64,000 nt of DNA from an uncultured bacterium (GTDB taxonomy: Bacteria; Patescibacteriota; Minisyncoccia; Phycocordibacterales; Phycocordibacteraceae), in the NCBI GenBank assembly GCA_937879955.1, contig CALFMK010000001.1:5461-69460 (forward strand). The letters are read 5' to 3'. Both the position numbers and the translations under genes were made by a program. Under the pieces are notes generated by a model, which ran no database searches, was not told where the DNA came from, and saw nothing but the letters and a program-made list of their open reading frames with translations. Shown here piece after piece: positions 25,045 to 34,933 of the stretch (position 1 is its first letter; each line of letters starts with the position of its first letter).

Positions 25045-25509
25045 CTACTTCACGCGCGTGAACTCGAGCGAGCCGTTGCCCGAGAGGTAGATCATGGAGA
25101 GGTCGGTCTCCGAGAGGTTCGTGAGCGCGAAGTACATGACCTCCTCGGGGAACTGGAGCTTCAGGACCTTCGCGTCCTTCACGACGGGAAGCTCCGCCTG
25201 CTCCTTCGTCGGGTCCGCCACGAAGCTCCAGGTGCCGCTCACGGTCGCGCTGTCATCGCCCTCGTAGCGGTCGGTGACGGTGCCGTCGGCCGTGAAGCTG
25301 CGGACGAAGCGCGCGTCGTCCGTGCTCTTCCAGGTGCCCTCGATCTTCGCGGCCGTCTCCTCGTTCGGCGTCGCGACATCATTCACGCTCCCGGATGCGG
25401 GGACGTCCTCGCCCATGTCGGCAGGCTTCTGCATGAAGAAGTAATACGCGCCGCCGACCACGATGAGCGCGAGCGCGATGACGATCCCTATAACGACGTT
25501 CCTGTTCAT
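25045..25509 (-). CDS. membrane-anchored hypothetical protein
   Basis: N-terminal TM MNRNVVIGIVIALALIVVGGAYYFF. 154 aa. Confidence 0.6.
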   Translation of the reverse strand: MNRNVVIGIVIALALIVVGGAYYFFMQKPADMGEDVPASGSVNDVATPNEETAAKIEGTWKSTDDARFVRSFTADGTVTDRYEGDDSATVSGTWSFVADPTKEQAELPVVKDAKVLKLQFPEEVMYFALTNLSETDLSMIYLSGNGSLEFTRVK

Positions 25510-25567
25510 ATGCGCGTTCAGGTTAGTTCCTATGGAGACAAGTCTAGCACCGGGGTAGACTGCCTGT

Positions 25568-26260
25568 ATGGCGCACCATGCGTATGTCTACATAGGGGAC
25601 CGCGAGGCAGGGCTCGCTGCCGCGCGCGCGTACGCGGCGGACGCGCTCGGCCTCCATGGGAGCGACAACCCGAACGTCGCCGTGTTCGAGTTCGGGCTCT
25701 TCTCGGTCGACGACGCGAGACGGGTCGCGAGCTTCGCGTCCCAGTCCCAGGCGACCGGCGACCGGAAGCTCATCGTCATCGCGACAGGACGCCTCTTCCA
25801 CGAGGCGCAGAACGCGCTCCTGAAGCTCTTCGAGGAGCCGACCGAGGGTACGACGCTCGTGCTCGTGGTCCCTGCCGAAGGCATCCTCCTGCCGACGCTC
25901 CGCTCGCGGCTCATCAGGCTTCCGGACGCGTCGGGCGGCGCGAACGCGATAGGGGACGTCGCGCAGGAATTCCTCTCCATGGCGAAGGCCGAGCGCGAGA
26001 AGTACGTCGTGAAGCTCGTCGCGCGCTCAAAGTCAGATAAGGACGCGGAGAAGCAGGCGGCCCGCCTCGAGGCGGCGTCCGTGATCGCGGGCGTCATGCG
26101 CGCGGCACATGCGAAGAACATGAAGACGCCCACAAGAGAGCTTGGCCTCCTCCTGCGCGACCTCGACCGGTTCGCACCCATCGTGCACGAGCGCTCCGCT
26201 CCGCTGAAGCTCATCTTCGAGCATCTCGTCCTCGTGATGCCCGAAGGACTGGGGAAGTGA
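25568..26260 (+). CDS. holB: DNA polymerase III delta-prime-like subunit (short form)
   Basis: NALLKLFEEP and LPTLRSRL motifs. Only 230 aa. TAGACT lies 6 nt upstream of the ATG. Confidence 0.7.
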   Translation: MAHHAYVYIGDREAGLAAARAYAADALGLHGSDNPNVAVFEFGLFSVDDARRVASFASQSQATGDRKLIVIATGRLFHEAQNALLKLFEEPTEGTTLVLVVPAEGILLPTLRSRLIRLPDASGGANAIGDVAQEFLSMAKAEREKYVVKLVARSKSDKDAEKQAARLEAASVIAGVMRAAHAKNMKTPTRELGLLLRDLDRFAPIVHERSAPLKLIFEHLVLVMPEGLGK

Positions 26261-26274
26261 TACACTCTCCGCAT

Positions 26275-26829
26275 ATGGCCTCATTCGATTTCAAGACCCT
26301 AGACACCAGCATCAAGGAGACCGAGGAGTGGCTCGTCCGCGAGCTCTCGACGGTGCGCACCGGCCGCGCCACCCCGGCGATCCTCGACACGATAAAGCCC
26401 GAGGTGTACGGCAGCCGCACCCCGATCAACCAGGTCGCGGCCGTCACCATCGAGGACGCGCGCACGCTGCGCATCGTCCCGTGGGACAAGTCCCTCACGA
26501 AGGTGATCGAGCGCGCGATCCAGGACGCCGACCTCGGCATGGGCGTGGGCAGCGACGACCAGGGGCTCCGCGTCTCGTTCCCTGAGCTCACGGCGGAGCG
26601 CCGCACCATGCTCCTCAAGGTAGCCAACGACAAGCTCGAGCAGGCGCGCATCACGCTGCGCGGCCATCGCACCGATACGCTCAAGGCGCTCGACGCTGCG
26701 GAGAAGGAGGGCGGCATGGGAAAGGACGAGCTCGCGCGCCTGAAGGACGAGGTCCAGAAGAAGGTGGATGCCGCCACCGAGGCGCTCGGCGCGCTCGCGA
26801 AGAAGAAGGAAGCAGAGATCGCTGCCTAG
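26275..26829 (+). CDS. frr: ribosome recycling factor
   Basis: LSTVRTGRATPAILD...IPWDKSL...AIQDADLG...RVSFPELTAERR. Start set to the ATG at 26275, 8 nt after TACACT. The track GTG at 26257 overlaps the holB stop. Confidence 0.92.
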   Translation: MASFDFKTLDTSIKETEEWLVRELSTVRTGRATPAILDTIKPEVYGSRTPINQVAAVTIEDARTLRIVPWDKSLTKVIERAIQDADLGMGVGSDDQGLRVSFPELTAERRTMLLKVANDKLEQARITLRGHRTDTLKALDAAEKEGGMGKDELARLKDEVQKKVDAATEALGALAKKKEAEIAA

Positions 26830-26832
26830 GCC

Positions 26833-27915
26833 ATGACGATTCTTATCTTCGTACTCGTTCTCGTCGCGCTCATCGTGGTGCACGAGTTCGGGCATTTCCT
26901 CGTCGCGAAGTGGTCCGGGATGCGCGTGGACGAGTTCGGCCTCGGCTATCCGCCGAAGGCCTGGGGCAAGAAGATCGGCGAGACCGAGTACACCCTCAAC
27001 TGGCTGCCGTTCGGCGGCTTCGTGAAGATATTCGGCGAGGACCCGGAGCCAGGGGAGAAGCCCGCGCCGCGCTCGTTCGGCTCGCGCCCGCGCGTCCTGC
27101 AGGCCGCGGTGCTCGTCGCAGGCATCGCCATGAACCTGTTGTTCGCGTACGTCCTTCTCACGGCGACCCTTTTCGGCGGCACGACCCGCGCGCTCACCGA
27201 CGAGGAGGCGAAGACCGCGCCTGACGCCGTGCTTGCCGTGGCGAGCGTGCTGCCCGAGTCTCCGGCCGCGGACGCTGGCCTCAGGCCTGGCGACTTCATC
27301 CTCTCTGCGACCGCGGGCGAGGACACCTACGAAGGCGCCGACGCGAAGGCGTTCACGTCCTTCGTCGCGGAGCACGGTGCCGAGGAGATCGTCCTCGACG
27401 TGAAGGGAGAGGAGGTCGTCGTGCGTCCTGAGGCGGGCGTCATCGCGGCGGATCCGGAACGCCTCGCGCTCGGCGTCGGGCTCACTGCCGTGGGCACGGC
27501 ATCGATGCCGTGGTATAGGGCGCCTATCGAGGGCGCGGTGCTCACCTGGGAGCTCACGAAGGAGACCGCCGTCGCGCTCGTGCATTTCTTCACCGGCATA
27601 TTCACGCTCTCCGCGGACCTCTCGCAGGTAGCGGGCCCGGTGGGCATCGCGGGTGCGGTCGGCGACGCGTCGAACAACGGCCTCGCGTCCCTCGCCACCA
27701 TCACGGCACTCATCTCCATCAACCTCGCGCTCATCAACCTGCTGCCAATCCCGGCGCTCGACGGCGGACGCCTCCTCTTCGTGATCATCGAGGCGATAAC
27801 CCGCAGGCCTATCAAGCCGTCCTTCGCGAACGCGGTGAACGGCATCGGGTTCTTCCTCCTCGTCGCGCTCATGCTCGTCGTGACCGCGAGCGACATCTTC
27901 AAGATCGTCGGGTAA
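26833..27915 (+). CDS. rseP: RIP metalloprotease RseP (M50 site-2 protease)
   Basis: HEFGHFLVAK (HExxH), a PDZ-like segment with SPAADAGLRPGD, and C-terminal NLLPIPALDGG. Confidence 0.88.
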   Translation: MTILIFVLVLVALIVVHEFGHFLVAKWSGMRVDEFGLGYPPKAWGKKIGETEYTLNWLPFGGFVKIFGEDPEPGEKPAPRSFGSRPRVLQAAVLVAGIAMNLLFAYVLLTATLFGGTTRALTDEEAKTAPDAVLAVASVLPESPAADAGLRPGDFILSATAGEDTYEGADAKAFTSFVAEHGAEEIVLDVKGEEVVVRPEAGVIAADPERLALGVGLTAVGTASMPWYRAPIEGAVLTWELTKETAVALVHFFTGIFTLSADLSQVAGPVGIAGAVGDASNNGLASLATITALISINLALINLLPIPALDGGRLLFVIIEAITRRPIKPSFANAVNGIGFFLLVALMLVVTASDIFKIVG

Positions 27916-27931
27916 AGGAAATGGCCGCTGG

Positions 27932-28174
27932 TTAGGCGGCCATGGGGAGTTCGTGATGCGCTTCGTCGATGCGCTCTTCTCCGTCAAAATCTGGGTCCTC
28001 GAACGGGCAGTACGGATTCAGGTGCTTCTTCCGTACGAGCACGTACCCGTAGCGTCCGTTCTTGCGAATCGTTACGGTGCGCTCATACCTATCCAGGGGA
28101 AAGATCGGATGGTTGCAGCGATCGCAGCGGTGCGTCAGTCTGGCGACGTGCGTGCTGCACGTGGGCTTCGGCAT
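27932..28174 (-). CDS. small Cys-rich (zinc-ribbon-like) hypothetical protein
   Basis: Track ORF trimmed to MPKPTCSTHVARLTHRCDRCNHPIF... (80 aa) with SD GGAAAGGAAG upstream. C-x10-CxxC plus a distal Cys. Confidence 0.5.
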   Translation of the reverse strand: MPKPTCSTHVARLTHRCDRCNHPIFPLDRYERTVTIRKNGRYGYVLVRKKHLNPYCPFEDPDFDGEERIDEAHHELPMAA

Positions 28175-28224
28175 GTGAGCTTCCTTTCCGAGGACGTTGT
28201 AGCACATGGGGAAGTAAAAAGAAG

Positions 28225-28250
28225 GACGCTCTCCTGAAAGGGAGAGCGTC
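28225..28250. terminator. bidirectional hairpin terminator
   Basis: GACGCTCTCC-TGAAAG-GGAGAGCGTC flanked by an A-run and a T-run. Confidence 0.6.
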
Positions 28251-28263
28251 TGTCTTTTTCCGG

Positions 28264-28569
28264 TCACGCGCGCTTCTTCGCTCCCGAGGGAGCGCGGAAC
28301 GGATTCCGGTCGGGGACGAAGAGCAGGACGAGCGCGATGGCGAGGCCTTCGCCGAAGACGATGCCGGCGGTGAACTGGACGAGCTCCGCGAGCGGGAAGT
28401 CGCCGCGGAGCGTCGGGAGGGCCATCCCGACGAACGGGATGAAGAACCCGGCGAGCACGTTCAGGACGAAGGCCGATTTCTTCGCGCGCCGCGGCGTGAC
28501 GGTCGGCGTGCCGAGCGCTGCGCACGAGAGCCCATGCTGCCTTCTGGGCAGCGCTGCATACGAGGTCAT
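28264..28569 (-). CDS. small membrane protein, hypothetical
   Basis: Two hydrophobic helices (FVLNVLAGFFIPFVGMAL, FTAGIVFGEGLAIALVLLFV). Confidence 0.5.
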   Translation of the reverse strand: MTSYAALPRRQHGLSCAALGTPTVTPRRAKKSAFVLNVLAGFFIPFVGMALPTLRGDFPLAELVQFTAGIVFGEGLAIALVLLFVPDRNPFRAPSGAKKRA

Positions 28570-28684
28570 AGCTATTTCTCCCTAGGCTGAAGAGGACGGA
28601 CTGGGACCACTATACTCCTGCCCTGTCCAGTAGGGAACAGCCACTTTTGCGGTGCGCGGGACAGGGCCGTATACTGGACGCACT

Positions 28685-29929
28685 ATGCGCCAGAGTCAGC
28701 TATTCACGAGGACCAGGAAAGACAATCCGTCCGACGAGGAATCGAAGAACGCGCAGCTCCTCATCCGTGCCGGATTCGTCTACAAGGAGATGGCGGGCGC
28801 CTACACGTACCTGCCGCTCGGTCTCCGCACGCTCAACAACCTGAACCGCATCATCCGCGAGGAGATGAACGCGATCGGCGGCCAGGAGCTCGCCATGACC
28901 GCGCTCCAGGACAAGTCGTTGTGGGAGAAGACCGACCGCTGGGACGACGCGAAGGTGGACAACTGGTTCAAGACCGAATTCAAGTCGGGCGGCGAGACCG
29001 GCCTCGGCATCACGCACGAGGAGCCGATCACGCGCATCATGACGGAGCACATCGCCTCGTATCGCGACCTGCCGGTGTACGCGTACCAGTTCCAGAACAA
29101 GTTCCGCAACGAGCTGCGCGCGAAGTCCGGCATCATGCGCGGGAAGGAGTTCCTCATGAAGGACCTCTACTCGTTCTCGAAGGACACGGAGGAGCACGAC
29201 GCCTTCTTCGCGAAGGCGCGCGAGGCGTACCTGAACGTCTTCCGTCGCGCCGGCATCGGAGACCGCACCTACGTCACGTTCGCGTCCGGCGGCATCTTCA
29301 GCGAGTTCTCGGAGGAGTTCCAGACCGAGTCCGAGGCGGGCGAGGACCTCATCTACGTGGACGAGGCGAAGGGCATCGCGGTTAACAAGGAGGTGCTCGA
29401 CGACGCGACCCTCGCGAAGCTCGGCCTTTCTAAGGACGCGCTCGTGGAGAAGAAGGCGATAGAGGCGGGCAACATCTTCAATCTCGGCACCCGCTTCTCG
29501 GAGCCGCTCGGCCTTACCTACACGGCCGAGGACGGCAGCAAGCAGCCCGTCGTGATGGGAAGCTACGGCATCGGTCCGACGCGCCTCATGGGCATCATCG
29601 CGGAGACCCTCTCCGACGATAAGGGGCTCGTGTGGCCGGAGGAGGTCGCGCCGTTCACGTACCATCTCGTCTCGCTCGCCGGCAACGATGATGAACTTGC
29701 TGCGGTCGCGGACGAGCTCTATGCGGACATGGAGAAGAAGGGCATGTCCGTCCTCTATGACGACCGCATTGCTCGCGCCGGCGAGAAGTTCGCGGACGCC
29801 GACCTCATCGGCATCCCGTACCGGATCGTGGTCGGGAAGGAGACGAAGGCGTCAGGACGCGTCGAGCTAGTCTCCCGGGCGACCGGCGAGGTCTCGACGC
29901 TCTCGCGCGAGGAATTACTCAACCGATAG
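28685..29929 (+). CDS. proS: prolyl-tRNA synthetase, bacterial type without INS editing domain
   Basis: MRQSQLFTRTRKDNPSDEESKNAQLLIRAGF..., class II motifs, and a C-terminal anticodon-binding domain. Only 414 aa. TATACT lies 9 nt upstream of the ATG at 28685. Confidence 0.92.
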   Translation: MRQSQLFTRTRKDNPSDEESKNAQLLIRAGFVYKEMAGAYTYLPLGLRTLNNLNRIIREEMNAIGGQELAMTALQDKSLWEKTDRWDDAKVDNWFKTEFKSGGETGLGITHEEPITRIMTEHIASYRDLPVYAYQFQNKFRNELRAKSGIMRGKEFLMKDLYSFSKDTEEHDAFFAKAREAYLNVFRRAGIGDRTYVTFASGGIFSEFSEEFQTESEAGEDLIYVDEAKGIAVNKEVLDDATLAKLGLSKDALVEKKAIEAGNIFNLGTRFSEPLGLTYTAEDGSKQPVVMGSYGIGPTRLMGIIAETLSDDKGLVWPEEVAPFTYHLVSLAGNDDELAAVADELYADMEKKGMSVLYDDRIARAGEKFADADLIGIPYRIVVGKETKASGRVELVSRATGEVSTLSREELLNR

Positions 29930-29933
29930 ACAT

Positions 29934-30995
29934 ATGGCAAAAGGAAACCGCTTCTCGAAGAGCTCGCTCTTCTCCACCGACATCGGCATCGACCTCGGCA
30001 CCGGCAATACGCTCGTGTACGTGCGCGGCCGCGGCATCGTGATATCGGAGCCGTCGGTGGTGACGCTCAACGAGAAGACCGGCCAGATGGTGGCGGTCGG
30101 GAAGGAGGCGAAGGCCATGCTCGGCAAGACGCCGCCGCACATCCGCGCGGTGCGTCCCTTGTCGCACGGCGTCATCTCCGACTTCGAGGTGACGGAGGAG
30201 CTGCTCGCGTATTTCATAAACAAGGCGCAGGGCGGACGCTCCAGGCTCTTCGGGCCAAGAGTGGTGGTGGGCGTGCCGACCGGCGTGACGAACGTCGAGT
30301 CGAGAGCGGTGCGCGACGCGGCGATGACGGCGGGCGCGCGCGAGGTGTTCATCCTCGAGGAGCCGATGGCGGGCGCGATCGGCGCGAAGCTCCCGGTCAT
30401 GGAGGCGGTGGGCACCATGGTGCTCGACATCGGCGCAGGCACTACCGACATCGCGGTCATCGCGCTCGGCGGATCGGTAGCAGGGAAGAGCTCGCAGGTC
30501 GCGGGCGACCGGTTCAACGAGAACATCATCGATTTCGTGCGCAGCGAGTTCCAGCTCGCCATCGGCGAGAAGACCGCCGAGGACACCAAGATCGCCATCG
30601 GCGCGGTGCTCCCGCTCGCGACGCCGCTCGAGAAGGCGATCCGCGGACGCGACCTCGCCACCGGCCTCCCGCGCGAGATCACCCTCAACGACTCACACAT
30701 GCGCGACGCGCTCGCGCCGTCCATGGAAGCGCTCATGGAGGCGATGAAAGAGGTCATCGAGAAGACGCCGCCCGAGCTCCTCTCGGACGTGCTCGAGCGC
30801 GGCGTCACCGTGTTCGGCGGCGGCGCCTTGCTCCGCGGCCTGCCTGAGCTCCTCGCGAAGATGCTCGGCGTGCCGGTGCACGTGGCCTCTGATCCTCTCA
30901 CGGCCGTGGTGCGTGGCACCGGCGTCGTGACGGAGGACCCGCGCCCGTGGAATGACGCATTCATGCATGAAGAAGCGATTCTCCCGAAGGCATAA
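29934..30995 (+). CDS. mreB: rod-shape-determining protein MreB (copy 2)
   Basis: IGIDLGTGNTLV, DIGAGTTDIAV and VFGGGALLRGL. Starts 4 nt after the proS stop and is followed by mreC, mreD and mrdA. Confidence 0.9.
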   Translation: MAKGNRFSKSSLFSTDIGIDLGTGNTLVYVRGRGIVISEPSVVTLNEKTGQMVAVGKEAKAMLGKTPPHIRAVRPLSHGVISDFEVTEELLAYFINKAQGGRSRLFGPRVVVGVPTGVTNVESRAVRDAAMTAGAREVFILEEPMAGAIGAKLPVMEAVGTMVLDIGAGTTDIAVIALGGSVAGKSSQVAGDRFNENIIDFVRSEFQLAIGEKTAEDTKIAIGAVLPLATPLEKAIRGRDLATGLPREITLNDSHMRDALAPSMEALMEAMKEVIEKTPPELLSDVLERGVTVFGGGALLRGLPELLAKMLGVPVHVASDPLTAVVRGTGVVTEDPRPWNDAFMHEEAILPKA

Positions 30996-31755
30996 CTCGT
31001 TCGTCGGCGCGTATCCGTGGGTCGGTCCCGCGCTCATAAGCCTCGTGGCGCTCGTGCTCGTCATGGGCCTCTTCCGCTTCCTCCTCCCGGGCGCGCTTGT
31101 CGCGGTGTCGAAGCCGTTCTGGTCCGCAGGCACCTCGCTCTCCGCGGGCGTCGGGAATGTCGGCTCGTTCTTCACGGACAAGACGAAGCTCGCGAACGAG
31201 CGCGATGCGCTCGCAAGCGAGAACGCCGCGCTGAAGGCTGCCGGCGCGACGAGCGCGGCCCGCATCACGGACCTCGAGCGCCTGCTCGGAGACCGCACGG
31301 AGGCGGGTAACGGCGTCCTTGCGGGTGTCCTCGCGCGTCCGCCCGTATCCCCGTACGACGTGCTCGTCATCGACCAGGGAAGCGATGCGGGCATCAAGGA
31401 GGGCAGCCGCGTGCAGGGGCCGGGCGGCATGCCGCTCGGCGTTATCGAGAGCGTGACGAAGTCGTCCGCGCGCGTCCTCCTGTACTCGGCGCCTGCCAAC
31501 GAGACGGAGAGCTGGATCGGCGAGGCGCGCATCCCCGTGACCGTGGTCGGCGAGGGCGCCGGCAGCCTGAGCGCGGAGGTTGCGCGCGAGGCGGGCGTCG
31601 CCGTGGGCGATCTCGTCTACATGATGGGTCCGGGCGCACGGGCGGTGGGCACGGTCATCGAGGTCGGCAACGACCCGTCCTCGCCGCGCTCGAGGGTCGA
31701 CATCCACCCGCTCCAGAACCCGTTCTCCATCACCTGGGTGACCGTGACGCCATGA
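30967..31755 (+). CDS. mreC: rod-shape-determining protein MreC
   Basis: N-terminal TM, coiled-coil segment ANERDALASENAALKAAG, then beta-rich domains. Its position lies between mreB and mreD. Confidence 0.78.
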   Translation: MKKRFSRRHNSFVGAYPWVGPALISLVALVLVMGLFRFLLPGALVAVSKPFWSAGTSLSAGVGNVGSFFTDKTKLANERDALASENAALKAAGATSAARITDLERLLGDRTEAGNGVLAGVLARPPVSPYDVLVIDQGSDAGIKEGSRVQGPGGMPLGVIESVTKSSARVLLYSAPANETESWIGEARIPVTVVGEGAGSLSAEVAREAGVAVGDLVYMMGPGARAVGTVIEVGNDPSSPRSRVDIHPLQNPFSITWVTVTP

Positions 31756-32006
31756 TCCGCTTCGCAGCCGTAGCCGCCGCCTTCGTCTCGCTCTTCGTAT
31801 TCCCATGGCCGGTCTCGGCCGCCTTCATGCTCGCGGCGAGCCTCTTCCTGCCGCCGGCAGGCATCGCGCTCGGCCTCGTCGCCGACCTTTCGTACTTTGT
31901 CCCGGGTGCGGCCCTCTTTCCGTACCTCTCCGTCTGGGGCGTCGCCTGCACGCTCGCGAGCCTGCTCGTGCATCGTTTCGTGAAGACGCGTATCATCAAC
32001 GGATGA
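31752..32006 (+). CDS. mreD: small polytopic membrane protein, probable MreD
   Basis: 84 aa and entirely hydrophobic. 4-nt overlaps with both mreC and mrdA. Called by position only. Confidence 0.5.
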   Translation: MIRFAAVAAAFVSLFVFPWPVSAAFMLAASLFLPPAGIALGLVADLSYFVPGAALFPYLSVWGVACTLASLLVHRFVKTRIING

Positions 32007-33673
32007 TCCTCAGGCGGCGCAGGCGAAGACGGGGGCTCGAGCTCGATCCGGACGAGATCTTCCTCGATTCCTCGAACACCTCGGGCTTCGACAGGAGCCA
32101 GCTGGAAGGGAGGCTCGAGAAGCCCATCGACCGCACCACGTTCGCGGGCATCGGCATCGTGATAGCGCTCATGTTCACGACCCTGCTCACGCAGGCCGCG
32201 AACCTCCAGATACACCAAGGAGACGAGTACGCGGCGCGCTCGGAGCGCAACCGCCTCCGCCCCCAGGTGCTCTTCGCCGAGCGCGGCGCCATCGTGGACC
32301 GCAACGGCGAGCCGCTCGTCTACAACGAGGAAGGCGAGGACGGGTTCGTGAAGCGCGTGTACGCGTACCCGGGATTCTCGCACCTCCTCGGCTACGTGTC
32401 GTACCCGAAGAAGGACTCCTCGGGCAATTTCTACGAGACGAAGATCGAGGGACTGAACGGCGTGGAGGAGGCGTTCGACCTGGCGCTCTCGGGCGAGAAC
32501 GGCACGCTGCTCGTGGAAGAGGATGCGCACGGCGACATCCAGTCGTCAGGCACCGTGAAGCCTGCCACGAAGGGGCAGACCGTGACGCTCTCGATAGACG
32601 CGCGGGCGCAGCGGGCCTTCGCGCACTCCATCAGCGAGCTCGCCGACCGCATCCCGTTCATGGGCGGCTCCGCCATCCTCATGGACGTGAACACGGGCGA
32701 GGTGCGCGCGCTCGTCTCCTATCCCGAGTACGACCCGAACGTGCTCTCGTCCGGCGGGCCGTCGAACGTGATCGCGGGATACCAGACCAACCCGCGCCGC
32801 GTCTATCTCGACCGCGCGGTCTCCGGCATCTATACGCCAGGCTCGATCGTGAAGCCGATGGAGGCGGCGGGCGCGATCAGTGACGGCGTGGTGACGCCTG
32901 AGTGGGGCATCGTCTCGACGGGTTCCATCTCCATCCCGAACCCGTACAACCCGGACAAGCCGAGCATCTTCAAGGACTGGAAGGCGCACGGCTGGGTGGA
33001 CGCGCGCCGCGCCATCGCGGTCTCCTCCGACGTGTACTTCTACGCCGTGGGCGGCGGGTACGGCGACGTGAAGGGCCTCGGCATCGAGCGCCTCAAGTAC
33101 TGGTTCGAGGCATTCGGCTTCACGAGCCCGACGGGCATCGAGCTCTCGGGCGAGGCCTCGGGCTTCGTGCCGGATCCGGCCTGGAAGGAGGCGAAGTACG
33201 ACGAGCCATGGCGCCTCGGCGACACGTACAACACCTCGATCGGGCAGTACGCGATGCAGATAACGCCGCTCGAGGCCGCGCGCGCGGTGGCGGCGGTCGC
33301 CAACGGCGGGAAGCTCGTTAAGCCCACCCTCATCAAGGACGCGCCGCTCCAGGGGCAGACCATTCCGATCAGCCAGGACGCGCTTAAGGTCGCGCGCGAG
33401 GGCATGCGCCTCGGCGCGGTCGAAGGCACGTCGGTGGGCCTCGCGCCGCTCTCGTTCGTGAAGCTCGCCGGAAAGACCGGCACGGCGCAGCTCGGCGTGA
33501 ACAACGAGTTCTACAACTCGTGGGCGGTGGGGTACTTCCCGTACGACAACCCGAAGTACGTGTACGTGGTGGTGATGGAGCGCGGTCCCTCCACCAACGC
33601 GATCGGCGGCATCTACGCGACGTATCAGGCGCTCGCGGAGCTGCATCGGACGGCGCCGGAGTACTTCGAGTAG
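32003..33673 (+). CDS. mrdA: penicillin-binding protein 2 (elongation transpeptidase)
   Basis: SxxK (GSIVKP), SxD/N (SSDVY) and KTG (KTGTAQ). Start trimmed to the ATG at 32003 (ATGA overlap with the mreD stop). Confidence 0.88.
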   Translation: MILRRRRRRRGLELDPDEIFLDSSNTSGFDRSQLEGRLEKPIDRTTFAGIGIVIALMFTTLLTQAANLQIHQGDEYAARSERNRLRPQVLFAERGAIVDRNGEPLVYNEEGEDGFVKRVYAYPGFSHLLGYVSYPKKDSSGNFYETKIEGLNGVEEAFDLALSGENGTLLVEEDAHGDIQSSGTVKPATKGQTVTLSIDARAQRAFAHSISELADRIPFMGGSAILMDVNTGEVRALVSYPEYDPNVLSSGGPSNVIAGYQTNPRRVYLDRAVSGIYTPGSIVKPMEAAGAISDGVVTPEWGIVSTGSISIPNPYNPDKPSIFKDWKAHGWVDARRAIAVSSDVYFYAVGGGYGDVKGLGIERLKYWFEAFGFTSPTGIELSGEASGFVPDPAWKEAKYDEPWRLGDTYNTSIGQYAMQITPLEAARAVAAVANGGKLVKPTLIKDAPLQGQTIPISQDALKVAREGMRLGAVEGTSVGLAPLSFVKLAGKTGTAQLGVNNEFYNSWAVGYFPYDNPKYVYVVVMERGPSTNAIGGIYATYQALAELHRTAPEYFE

Positions 33674-33764
33674 CCAATTACGACCCGAAACAGGGAAGAT
33701 TGACGCCAGGGTGGCACCCCGTACAATACTCATACCAAACAGCGTTCATTACTGATTCATACCC

Positions 33765-34235
33765 ATGACCGAACAGGATACTGTCGTAAGCCAGGAGAAA
33801 TTCGACGAGATGATAAAGGAGCTCGAGAACCTCAAGACCGTCCGCCGCACCGAGATCGCGGAGAATCTTGAGTATGCTCGCTCTCTCGGCGACCTGTCGG
33901 AGAACGCGGAGTACCAGGAGGCGCGCGAGCTCCAGGCCGCTACCGAGGAGCGCATCCGCAAGCTCGAGGAGCTCGTGAAGCGCGCGAAGATCGTCACGGA
34001 CGGCAAGAAGAAGGACGTCGTGGGATTCAGCTCCACCGTCACGATAAAGAAGGAGGGAAGCAGCGAGTCGCACGAGTACACCATCGTCGGCAGCGAGGAG
34101 GCGGACATGCGCGTGCACAAGCTCTCGCACGTGTCGCCGCTCGGCGCCGCGCTCATGGGCAAGAAGAAGGGGGACGTCTTCACGTTCGAGACGCCGAACG
34201 GGAAGCAGACGTACTCCGTCGAGAAGGTCTCCTAG
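33765..34235 (+). CDS. greA: transcription elongation factor GreA
   Basis: N-terminal coiled coil with ARSLGDLSENAEYQEA, and a C-terminal FKBP-like domain ending ...SHVSPLGAALMGKKKGD. Confidence 0.92.
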   Translation: MTEQDTVVSQEKFDEMIKELENLKTVRRTEIAENLEYARSLGDLSENAEYQEARELQAATEERIRKLEELVKRAKIVTDGKKKDVVGFSSTVTIKKEGSSESHEYTIVGSEEADMRVHKLSHVSPLGAALMGKKKGDVFTFETPNGKQTYSVEKVS

Positions 34236-34255
34236 GCATCCTCGGAGATAAGGGA

Positions 34256-34281
34256 AAGGGCGGTCCTTCGGGACCGCCCTT
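34256..34281. terminator. bidirectional hairpin terminator between greA and the convergent gene
   Basis: AAGGGCGGTCC-TTCG-GGACCGCCCTT. Confidence 0.65.
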
Positions 34282-34290
34282 CGACGTATC

Positions 34291-34671
34291 TCATGCGACG
34301 TTCTTTTTCGCCGTATCGAACCATGTCAGGACCAGGTTCGCGGCGTGCTTGAAGCGCTCGTCCCGCAGGCGGACCAGCGGACGATCGAGGTTCCTCGCCT
34401 CCTCGAGGTCCCGCACGCAGACGTAGCACGGGGCCTGCGGGCACCAGGGCTTCGGAGCGAGGCCGAGGGCCGGGAGTCCGGCGCGTTCGAGCCGCTGGAA
34501 CGGGTGCTTGAGGCCCTTCTTCGCGTACAGGATGGGAATCTCGCCGTCTCTGGGGCCTGCGGCTTCCTTCGCCGTGAGCACGCGGACCTCTAGCTGCGTA
34601 CGCAGGATGAGCTTCAGGATCTCATCGGGCAGCTCATCCTGGTGAGTGACGAACCTGATACTGGCGCACAT
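34291..34671 (-). CDS. hypothetical protein
   Basis: 126 aa. Strong SD GAAGGAGG upstream of the ATG. No motif recognised. Confidence 0.55.
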   Translation of the reverse strand: MCASIRFVTHQDELPDEILKLILRTQLEVRVLTAKEAAGPRDGEIPILYAKKGLKHPFQRLERAGLPALGLAPKPWCPQAPCYVCVRDLEEARNLDRPLVRLRDERFKHAANLVLTWFDTAKKNVA

Positions 34672-34933
34672 GGCGTCCTCCTTCTGTTTCTGGTTGAAAG
34701 AACAAACGAAATCGAGCCCCTGCCGTTTCCGGTCAGAGGCTCGTTTCAGGTTTCTCTCTGCTAGCTCTTGGCTGGGGAAACCTCAAATGAACCTCCGACC
34801 TTCGTAAGAAGGACGTAGGTAATCGTAAAGAGGATTCCCGCGAGCATGCTTATCATGTAGCCCGAGTATAGCGGGACAGGCATGCCTGTCAAAGGAAGGT
34901 TATACACAACTTTCTGTAGGGCGGATGAACCGA

